NCBI GenBank assembly: GCA_017504545.1
Contig: JAFVRA010000072.1
Location: 1 to 22,474 of the forward strand
From: Clostridia bacterium
Lineage (GTDB): Bacteria > Bacillota > Clostridia > Oscillospirales > CAG-272
Length of the DNA: 22,474 nucleotides
Direction of reading: 5' to 3'
Part shown: piece by piece, positions 1 through 6,210 of the stretch
Layout: each line of letters begins with the position of its first letter
How positions within the stretch are numbered: position 1 is the stretch's first letter
Translations under genes and position numbers: made by a program
The notes under the pieces: model-generated
The model's input: the letters and a program-made list of their open reading frames with translations, nothing else
The model's database searches: none
Told to the model about the DNA's origin: nothing

Positions 1-144
1 CAGTAAAGTTAACTTAGTGTCTGAAGTTTCACAAGATGGCAAGGTGATAGGCCAACTTAATATCACTTGTAGTTTTACGTTATATAACTACAAACTTCAC
101 TGTGTTGCAACTTTATTTCGCGATAGTGAAAATTTTACAAACAG

Positions 145-192
145 AAAAAGAGAGTACAAATCGGTTTAAAGACCGAAATGTCCTCTCTTTTT
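145..192. terminator. Long imperfect hairpin with A-run/T-run flanks; probable bidirectional intrinsic terminator closing the cdd-hyp-M48 operon
   Basis: AAAAAGAGAG (145-154) pairs with CTCTCTTTTT (183-192). An inner stem is TCGGT (161-165)/ACCGA (172-176). On the minus strand the hairpin is followed by TTTTTCTGTTT, about 65 nt after the M48 stop. Confidence 0.5.
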
Positions 193-257
193 GTTTGCAA
201 TAATGGCGCGATATATCCTTAAAGGACAAATTTCGCCGAGCGATGAGTTCTTCTTTG

Positions 258-1487
258 CTATTCTACTTTTTGATCTTTAATTGCCTTTTCGACCTCTTCA
301 ATTCTCCTGTCAAGCGGCGGGTGGCTGTATTCAAGCACCACGTTTATCTTCGAGGGAGAGAGATTTGAGAAGTTATCCTTCGCAAGCTTTTTGAGCGCGA
401 CTATCATCGGCTCGCCGTAGCCCTCGATGACCGCCTGTCTGTCGGCGCGGTACTCGGCACTTCTGCTTCGCAGATTTGTGATGATGCCCGTAAGCGGCTG
501 AACGAGGCCGAGCGCCACGCCTATAACGATGTACGAGAAGCCGTAATTTATCTCGGCAAAGCCGAAATCAGTGTATATAGCGGGCTCGCGGAGCGTAAGC
601 CATACGAGAACGCCCATCAGCAAGAGGTTACCCACGTTGAGTATCTGGGATTTAAGCACGTCCTTGTGCAGTCCGTGTCCCATTTCGTGCGAGAATATGG
701 CACATATCTCGTCCTCGGTCATAGCGTTCAGCAGGTTATCGTAAAGCACGATAGTCTTGAGCTTGCCAAAGCCCGTGAAATACGCGTTGAGCTTGGTGGT
801 CCTTCTTGACGCGTCCATTACCTCGATAGCCTTGACCTTGTAGCCGTACTTCTCAAGCAGAGCCATAAGCTTATTCTTAAGCTCACCGTCCTCAAGGGGA
901 GTGAACTTGTTTCCAAGGCGGCTGAAGATAGGGTAGAGGAAGGAGATGATCAGAGTTATCGCGAATACCGCGCCTGCAAAGAGAAGTATCAGCCAGTCGC
1001 CGACCGTCTTGTGCAGAAGCATCATAAGTCCGACGAGCGCGAGTGAGAGCACGAACTCAAGCAGAAGGGAGCGGATGCAGTCAAAGATAAAGGTCTTGAC
1101 GGTCGAGCGGTTGAAGCCGTATTTCTGCTCGATGACCATAGTTGATATATATTTTTCTATAATATCAAGCACCGAGCCGACTACGACCGTTAGTATGACA
1201 ACGCCGAAAAGCTCGCCACCCTTGGGGAAGAGAGAGGCAAACGCGGAATGCGCGTTCGTTGCGAGAAGCGCGACCATTACGGCTGTGGAAGCAAGGTCAG
1301 AGATTATGCTCAGCTTATTGTGCTCAGCGCTGTAGCGCTTCCACTTTTGGTAAGTCTCGGCGTCGTAAACGTCCGAGAGATTATCGGGCGTGGGATTGTT
1401 CGCGGAGCGAAGGCGCACTATATTAAGCACGACAGAGTACACGCACTTAAGCAGCACGCAAATAATAATTGCTATTTTGAAATTCAT
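258..1487 (-). CDS. M48 family zinc metallopeptidase (Ste24/HtpX-like), polytopic membrane protein
   Basis: 409-aa ORF with the HEXXH motif in FSHEMGHGLHKD and several hydrophobic helices in the N-terminal half. It has the NAYFTGFG...IVLYDNLL block typical of Ste24-type M48 enzymes. An AAGGAGA RBS precedes the ATG. Confidence 0.85.
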   Translation of the reverse strand: MNFKIAIIICVLLKCVYSVVLNIVRLRSANNPTPDNLSDVYDAETYQKWKRYSAEHNKLSIISDLASTAVMVALLATNAHSAFASLFPKGGELFGVVILTVVVGSVLDIIEKYISTMVIEQKYGFNRSTVKTFIFDCIRSLLLEFVLSLALVGLMMLLHKTVGDWLILLFAGAVFAITLIISFLYPIFSRLGNKFTPLEDGELKNKLMALLEKYGYKVKAIEVMDASRRTTKLNAYFTGFGKLKTIVLYDNLLNAMTEDEICAIFSHEMGHGLHKDVLKSQILNVGNLLLMGVLVWLTLREPAIYTDFGFAEINYGFSYIVIGVALGLVQPLTGIITNLRSRSAEYRADRQAVIEGYGEPMIVALKKLAKDNFSNLSPSKINVVLEYSHPPLDRRIEEVEKAIKDQKVE

Positions 1488-1523
1488 GTCGTTCTCCTTG
1501 AGAAATATGTAGTAGCGCGAGAG

Positions 1524-2036
1524 TTATTTAGCCGCTTTTGACTTTTTTCTCGGACATTCGTTGCAGTTGTAGGGGCAACCGCAGAGGATAGTCTTTTTCT
1601 CGGGAGGAACGGGAAGGCCAAAGAGCTTTGCAAGCGAGTCCATGACCTTGTTGCGCTTGGTAAATATTCTTACTCTGTGTCTTGAGGGCTCGTCGTCAAT
1701 CAGATGACAATCGTCGCAGAGATCATCCTCGTCATCATCGACGGTCTTCTGAATTGCGATAGCCGCCTCGCCCTTGTCTGAGGGTGAGACGAACAGCTCG
1801 TTGTAGGTGGATGCCGCAAGGATTTCCTGAAGCTTTTCAATATCCTCTTCTGTGAAGACGTTGCCAAACTTCATAGCCTTGCGGATAAGCTGGATCTTGT
1901 ATCTCTCCTCGGGCATATCGTAAACCATGGCGATAACCTCTTCGTTAGTGCCAATATCCTTAAGCGCATAGATCCTTGAACGGAGAGTTGCGCCCGACCA
2001 TCTGCCGTGTCTTTCCATAAATTCGTTCCAGTTCAT
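1524..2036 (-). CDS. Hypothetical protein with acidic linker and C-terminal Cys cluster (CDDC ... CGCPYNCNEC)
   Basis: 170-aa ORF with an AAGGAGA RBS before the ATG at 2036. It sits 55 nt after cdd and 36 nt before the M48 gene on the same strand. I recognise no family. Confidence 0.6.
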   Translation of the reverse strand: MNWNEFMERHGRWSGATLRSRIYALKDIGTNEEVIAMVYDMPEERYKIQLIRKAMKFGNVFTEEDIEKLQEILAASTYNELFVSPSDKGEAAIAIQKTVDDDEDDLCDDCHLIDDEPSRHRVRIFTKRNKVMDSLAKLFGLPVPPEKKTILCGCPYNCNECPRKKSKAAK

Positions 2037-2091
2037 TTTTTATCTCCTTTTGGGATTGATTTATATTTTTTTGCCTTGCGCTGAGTTGCTG

Positions 2092-2493
2092 TTATTCAAA
2101 GCGAGTCTTGCCCCACCAGTCAGGGCAGAGAGCGCCGAGGGTGGTAGTGCTTTTCGTTTCTATATCAAGCAGTATCTCTATGCTCGGACTGTCCTTATCA
2201 AGCTGCATCATAAATTCTCTGCAGGCGCCGCAGGGCGAGCCGACCTTGCCGTTGCTCATTACCGCGACCACGCGCCTGATGCGGCTCTCGACGTGTGTCA
2301 GCATGCTCGCGATAGCAGTTCTTTCGGCGCACATTCCAAGAGAAGAGCAGGTATCTATGCAAACGCCTACGTAAATATTGCCCGACTCAGACTCTATTGC
2401 GGCGGCAACGCCGCCCGCTTCTATAAACGGAGAAACTACTCTTGGATCCTGCACCTCAAGCGCGGCTCTGTAAAGCTTATCCCATATATCCAT
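2092..2493 (-). CDS. cdd: Cytidine deaminase
   Basis: 133-aa ORF with the zinc-ligand motifs CAERTAI and PCGACREF, characteristic of homotetrameric cytidine deaminases. An AGGAGG RBS is upstream. Confidence 0.9.
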   Translation of the reverse strand: MDIWDKLYRAALEVQDPRVVSPFIEAGGVAAAIESESGNIYVGVCIDTCSSLGMCAERTAIASMLTHVESRIRRVVAVMSNGKVGSPCGACREFMMQLDKDSPSIEILLDIETKSTTTLGALCPDWWGKTRFE

Positions 2494-2548
2494 TGCTGTA
2501 CCTCCTGCTCGGTACCGGTACTCGCACGGTACTGTAGTATTTAATTTT

Positions 2549-2576
2549 ATTATAACATATATTTTGATAATTTCAA
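2549..2576 (-). promoter_or_regulatory. Sigma-A-type promoter for the cdd operon
   Basis: Read on the minus strand this is TTGAAA (2571-2576), a 16-nt spacer, then TGtTATAAT (extended -10, 2549-2557). It lies about 55 nt upstream of the cdd ATG. Confidence 0.5.
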
Positions 2577-2671
2577 CAGTTTTTTGTCGTAAAAGAGCAA
2601 AAAATGCGGAAAATACGAGGCTTTTTAAAAAGTACGGATATCTTGGTACTTAAAAATACTTTTTGATACCA

Positions 2672-2700
2672 TTGACAAGCTATGAATATTGTTGTATAAT
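2672..2700 (+). promoter_or_regulatory. Consensus sigma-A promoter for the EEP-tdk-udk operon
   Basis: Perfect TTGACA (2672-2677), a 17-nt spacer, and perfect TATAAT (2695-2700). It lies 47 nt upstream of the ATG at 2747. Confidence 0.6.
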
Positions 2701-2746
2701 GTAGATGTAGTATTTTATACACTGTCATACTTACGGAGGTAGGCTT

Positions 2747-3823
2747 ATGAAGGCTTTCAAGATCATATTAAAGATACTTCTTGCGCTTGTAGCAACACTT
2801 ATTCTCGTTGCCGCTATTTACGTAGCATACGTCTTTATAAGCTATTATCGCATTGAAGACAATCTCTCCCTTGAGGTTGAAAACAGGGCGGAAGAGGACA
2901 GCGCTGTGCTGAATAAGGAATATACGATAGTCTCACAAAATCTCGGATTTGGAGCTTATACCGCGGACTTCACCTTCTTTATGGATGGTGGAAAGGAGTC
3001 GAGGGCGAGAAGCAAGGAAAGCGTGATAGATTGCATTGAGGCAGGAGCTGAGAAGGTAGACAGCTTTTCTCCCGATTTCATTCTGTTTCAAGAGGTGGAT
3101 CTCGATTCAACGAGAAGCCACCACGTTGATCAGTACCTGATGCTTCAGGATATTTTTGAGGGGTACTCACACACCTCTGCGGTAAATTACGATTCACCCT
3201 ATCTCTTTTATCCCTTTAACTCTCCCCACGGGGCGTCAAACAGCTCTATTGCGACCTTCAGCAATATAAATATGACCTCCTCGCTTCGCAGAAGCCTGCC
3301 GATAACCGACTCGGTCACAAAGCTGCTTGATCTTGACAGATGCTACAGCGTTACGAGAATACCGGTTGAAAATGGAAAGGAGCTGCTGCTCTACAACGTA
3401 CATACCTCGGCATACGGAAGCGACGACAGCGTCAGAACGGCGCAGCTGACTATGCTTTTCGAGGATATGCAGAGCGAATACGAAAAGGGCAATTATATCG
3501 TTTGCGGCGGTGACTTCAACCACGATTTCACGGGAGACTCAAGCCTTACGCTTAACGGAAGTGAGACAGAATATGGCTGGGCTCAGCCTTTTCCCGACGA
3601 TCTCGTTCCCGAGGGCTTTACAAAATGTGAAAACTATAAGGATGGAGAGATCCTTCCGTCCTGCAGAAACTGCGATATTCCTTACGAGGAAGGTAATTAT
3701 ACTATCATAGTCGACGGTTTTTTCGTTTCGGATAACGTTGAGTGCGTTGTCGTTGAAAATATCCAGACGGGCTTTGAGTATTCAGACCACAATCCCGTAG
3801 TGATGACATTCAAGTTGAAATAA
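2747..3823 (+). CDS. Endonuclease/exonuclease/phosphatase (EEP) family protein with N-terminal membrane anchor
   Basis: 358-aa ORF with an N-terminal hydrophobic helix (ILKILLALVATLILVAAIYVAYVFI). It has the C-terminal SDHNPV motif and LFQEVD / GGDFNHD blocks typical of the EEP fold. A GGAGGT RBS is present. Confidence 0.8.
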   Translation: MKAFKIILKILLALVATLILVAAIYVAYVFISYYRIEDNLSLEVENRAEEDSAVLNKEYTIVSQNLGFGAYTADFTFFMDGGKESRARSKESVIDCIEAGAEKVDSFSPDFILFQEVDLDSTRSHHVDQYLMLQDIFEGYSHTSAVNYDSPYLFYPFNSPHGASNSSIATFSNINMTSSLRRSLPITDSVTKLLDLDRCYSVTRIPVENGKELLLYNVHTSAYGSDDSVRTAQLTMLFEDMQSEYEKGNYIVCGGDFNHDFTGDSSLTLNGSETEYGWAQPFPDDLVPEGFTKCENYKDGEILPSCRNCDIPYEEGNYTIIVDGFFVSDNVECVVVENIQTGFEYSDHNPVVMTFKLK

Positions 3824-3844
3824 AGACAAGCAGAGGAGAAAGAT

Positions 3845-4435
3845 ATGGCAAAATTATATTTCAAATACGGCGCGATGGGCTCATCAAAGACTGCTAACGC
3901 ACTTATAACAAAGTTCAACTACGAGGAGAGAGGAATGAAGGTGTGGCTGATAAAGCCCTCTACCGATAACCGTGACGGAGCAGCCGCGGTGCGCTCGCGC
4001 ATCGGACTTTCGGCTGATGCCTACGTCGTAACACCCGACGTTGATCTCTTTGCGGAATTCGCTAAAAGAACCGACTGCAACGTAATTATAGCCGACGAGT
4101 GTCAGTTCCTTAGCCCTGCGCAGATAGATCAGCTCAGACGTATAGTCGACGAGCTTGACGTTCCCGTGCTTTGCTTTGGTCTGAGGACAGACTTCCTTAC
4201 TCACACCTTTGAAGGTAGCCACCGCCTTTTTGAGGTTGCAGACTCTATAACCGAGATAAAGACTATCTGCGAGTGCGGTAAGAAGGCTATAGTCAACGCG
4301 CGTATAGACGGCGAGGGCAGGGTACTTACCGAGGGCGGACAGATACTTATCGGCGGCAACGATTCTTACGTTGCTATGTGCCATAGCTGCTGGGTAAACG
4401 CTATCAAGGCTCAGAAAAAGAGCGAGGAAAAGTGA
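3845..4435 (+). CDS. tdk: Thymidine kinase
   Basis: 196-aa ORF with the P-loop GAMGSSKT, the ADECQF Walker-B-like block and the zinc ribbon CECGKKA...CHSCW. A GAGGAG RBS is present. Confidence 0.92.
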   Translation: MAKLYFKYGAMGSSKTANALITKFNYEERGMKVWLIKPSTDNRDGAAAVRSRIGLSADAYVVTPDVDLFAEFAKRTDCNVIIADECQFLSPAQIDQLRRIVDELDVPVLCFGLRTDFLTHTFEGSHRLFEVADSITEIKTICECGKKAIVNARIDGEGRVLTEGGQILIGGNDSYVAMCHSCWVNAIKAQKKSEEK

Positions 4436-4436
4436 T

Positions 4437-5066
4437 ATGGATAAAAGCGGCGAGATAATGATAATAGGCGTAGCGGGTGGCACGGGAAGCGGAAAGACCA
4501 CGCTTGCCGAGAATATCGCGAGCGCCTTTGGCAACAAGGTCGCCGTGATCACGCACGACAGCTATTACTGCGCGCAGAACGATAAGACCTACGAGGAGAG
4601 ATGCAAGCAGAATTACGATCACCCCGATGCATTCGAGACAGATCTGCTTTGCGAGCATCTTGACGCTCTTGCGAGAGGTGAGGCGGTTGATATTCCCGTA
4701 TACGATTACACGGTGCATAACCGCTCGGATAAGACTCAAAAAGTCGAGCCTCGCGCAGTTATCGTGCTTGAGGGTATTCTGATCTTCTCGGACAAGCGTC
4801 TGCGAGACAGAATGTCGCTCAAGATCTTCGTTGACACCGATGCCGACGAGCGCATTTTGCGCCGTATATTGCGCGATACCAAGGAGAGAGGCAGAAGCCT
4901 TGACTCTGTTGTAGATCAGTATCTGAGTACGGTAAAGCCGATGCACGACGCCTTTGTTGAGCCTTACAAGCGCTTTGCCGACGTTATCGTTCCCGGTGGC
5001 GGCTCAAACCCCGCGGCACTTGATATGATAATTACGAGAATAAATAAACAGCTTAGTGAAAAGTAA
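4437..5066 (+). CDS. udk: Uridine kinase
   Basis: 209-aa ORF with the P-loop GVAGGTGSGKTT and the NYDHPDAFE and VLEGIL blocks. It starts 1 nt after the tdk stop. Confidence 0.92.
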   Translation: MDKSGEIMIIGVAGGTGSGKTTLAENIASAFGNKVAVITHDSYYCAQNDKTYEERCKQNYDHPDAFETDLLCEHLDALARGEAVDIPVYDYTVHNRSDKTQKVEPRAVIVLEGILIFSDKRLRDRMSLKIFVDTDADERILRRILRDTKERGRSLDSVVDQYLSTVKPMHDAFVEPYKRFADVIVPGGGSNPAALDMIITRINKQLSEK

Positions 5067-5110
5067 TAAAAAAGAGCAAGCACAAGGGGAGATGTCCTTA
5101 GCGGAGAAAT
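5066..5110. repeat. Left arm of a long-range inverted repeat bracketing the 5066-5784 island
   Basis: ATAAAAAAGAGCAAGCACA (5066-5084) is the reverse complement of 5766-5784 with 1 mismatch in 19. TTAGCGGAGAAAT (5098-5110) is the perfect reverse complement of 5738-5750. Confidence 0.6.
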
Positions 5111-5123
5111 TATCTAACACACG

Positions 5124-5171
5124 GTAGGGGCGAACTGTGTTCGCCCGCGGGCGTTCACAGAACGCCCCTAC
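5124..5171. repeat. REPIN-like doublet A: two inverted copies of a 23-nt GTAG-headed hairpin
   Basis: Unit 1 (5124-5146) is GTAGGGGCGAACTGTGTTCGCCC. The reverse complement of unit 2 (5149-5171) is GTAGGGGCGTTCTGTGAACGCCC. The only differences are AA/TT swaps that keep each 8-bp stem paired. Confidence 0.6.
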
Positions 5172-5201
5172 GGATAGAAAAAATTGCTCTGCAGTAAACA
5201 A

Positions 5202-5247
5202 ATAATTAACCCCGACAGATTTTCAAAAGTCTGTCGGGGTTAATTAT
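5202..5247. terminator. 17-bp perfect hairpin; probable terminator of the zinc-ribbon gene (possibly bidirectional)
   Basis: ATAATTAACCCCGACAG (5202-5218) pairs with CTGTCGGGGTTAATTAT (5231-5247) around a 12-nt loop. T-rich sequence follows on both strands. Confidence 0.6.
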
Positions 5248-5269
5248 ATTCTGCTCGGCAAATTGGAAT

Positions 5270-5503
5270 TTACCTATTTGTTTCTTCCGATATGTCAATG
5301 ATTATTTTTTTACATTCTTTGCAGTAATAAGCATCTACTGATGCAGGAGCCAATAGAAAGTATTTTGCCAACACAATGCTATTGGGGCTCTTTGCCCATC
5401 TTGTGCCCCCTGTGCTTCTTTCGCCATCGGGTTTCCAAGATAAAAGATTATCGGCTTCAATTTGTCCTAATTTCATTTTTGCATTGCAATAAGGGCAATT
5501 CAT
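5270..5503 (-). CDS. Small zinc-ribbon protein (77 aa), function unknown
   Basis: It has CPYC near the N-terminus and CKEC near the C-terminus. I place the start at the ATG at 5501-5503 (MNCPYCNAKM...) because AAGGAG lies 9 nt upstream. The longer ORF-track form (to 5593) has no RBS and abuts a palindromic repeat. Confidence 0.55.
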   Translation of the reverse strand: MNCPYCNAKMKLGQIEADNLLSWKPDGERSTGGTRWAKSPNSIVLAKYFLLAPASVDAYYCKECKKIIIDISEETNR

Positions 5504-5600
5504 ACAATCACACTCCTTTGTCAAATTCTTATTTATCGTTCTGTTTATCTCAAGTTTCGCCTTTGTATTACAAAGGCATCGGGCAAAGCCCATACCCCTT

Positions 5601-5672
5601 GTAGGGCGGGGGTTTACTCCCGCCTTGTTGGCTTAGATCCTATGTTACGGCGGGAGCAAGCCCCCGCCCTAC
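5601..5672. repeat. REPIN-like doublet B: two inverted 24-nt GTAG-headed hairpins separated by a 24-nt spacer
   Basis: Unit 1 (5601-5624) is GTAGGGCGGGGGTTTACTCCCGCC. The reverse complement of unit 2 (5649-5672) is GTAGGGCGGGGGCTTGCTCCCGCC. There are 2 differences, both in the loop. Confidence 0.6.
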
Positions 5673-5694
5673 GATATCCCATTATAACACAAAT

Positions 5695-5720
5695 CGGCAG
5701 AGAAAACAATATCTCTGCCG
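5695..5720 (-). terminator. Hairpin, candidate terminator for the glpK-hydrolase-GNAT operon
   Basis: CGGCAGAGA (5695-5703) pairs with TCTCTGCCG (5712-5720) around an 8-nt loop. It lies 65 nt downstream of the GNAT stop on the minus strand, followed by ATTTGTGTT, a weak T-run. Confidence 0.45.
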
Positions 5721-5737
5721 AAATTTTTGTGTCTGTC

Positions 5738-5784
5738 ATTTCTCCGCTAAGAATGCAGAGAGAAGTGTGTTTGCTCTTTTTTAT
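5738..5784. repeat. Right arm of the long-range inverted repeat bracketing the 5066-5784 island
   Basis: ATTTCTCCGCTAA (5738-5750) and TGTGTTTGCTCTTTTTTAT (5766-5784) are reverse complements of 5098-5110 and 5066-5084. Confidence 0.6.
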
Positions 5785-6210
5785 TTACAGCATCTTTTTC
5801 ATCCAGACGTGGAGGGCGTTTTGCTCGTATTCGGGCTCTCCGCAGACTTCAAATCCGTTCTTTTCGTAGAAATCCTTTGCGGGATACTGCGAATGAAGCT
5901 TAAGGCAGGAAATTCCTCGCTCTTTGAGTGAATCGCACACCGCGCCGAGAAGCTCTGAGCCAAGTCCTTTGCCTCTGTGTGCCTTAAGCACCGCAAAGCG
6001 TCCGAGAATATAGCAATCACCGTCACCCTTAAAGGCGCGGCAGGTCGCTACGGGGAGCGTGCCAATATATCCGACGAAGTGAAGCGCGACAAGGTCGGTC
6101 TCGTCGGGCAGGTCAACAAATCCCTGCTCCTTGACGAAGACGGTCGTTCTTATCTGCATCGCCTCGTCCGGAAGAGAGGTGTAGATCTTTATCTCCATAT
6201 CCAAGATCAT
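5785..6210 (-). CDS. GNAT family N-acetyltransferase
   Basis: 141-aa ORF with the acetyl-CoA motif A, HRGKGLGSELL. Its start overlaps the upstream stop by 4 nt (ATGA at 6207-6210). Confidence 0.85.
   Translation of the reverse strand: MILDMEIKIYTSLPDEAMQIRTTVFVKEQGFVDLPDETDLVALHFVGYIGTLPVATCRAFKGDGDCYILGRFAVLKAHRGKGLGSELLGAVCDSLKERGISCLKLHSQYPAKDFYEKNGFEVCGEPEYEQNALHVWMKKML

Noticed and set aside
1-144. Possible CRISPR repeat, tracrRNA or other ncRNA at the AT-rich left edge.
   Set aside because: I found no repeated 25-40-nt unit in the window, only short AACTT recurrences and one 8-bp hairpin. No cas gene is visible, so a repeat array cannot be supported from a single stretch.
2645-2670. 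Imperfect 26-nt palindrome GGTACTTAAAAATACTTTTTGATACC abutting the -35 of the EEP-tdk-udk promoter.
   Set aside because: Only 9 of 13 positions pair and the centre is an A/T run. It is a possible operator, but the evidence is too thin to call.
3884-4946. Minus-strand ORFs at 3884-4552 (222 aa) and 4404-4946 (180 aa) opposite tdk and udk. The same applies to 2050-2544 opposite cdd, 6531-7100 opposite the hydrolase, and 19634-20023 and 20444-20869 opposite fumC.
   Set aside because: These are shadow frames of genes with unambiguous catalytic motifs.
5504-5593. 30-codon N-terminal extension of the zinc-ribbon ORF (ORF-track start at 5593).
   Set aside because: No RBS precedes that start, and it abuts REPIN-like doublet B. 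The internal ATG at 5503 has AAGGAG at proper spacing and starts directly with the CPYC knuckle.
5004-5869. ORFs at 5004-5201 (-), 5341-5604 (+) and 5642-5869 (+).
   Set aside because: They read through the GTAG-headed palindromic repeats or antisense to the zinc-ribbon gene, and they lack RBSs. They are the typical spurious peptides generated by G/C-rich hairpin repeats.
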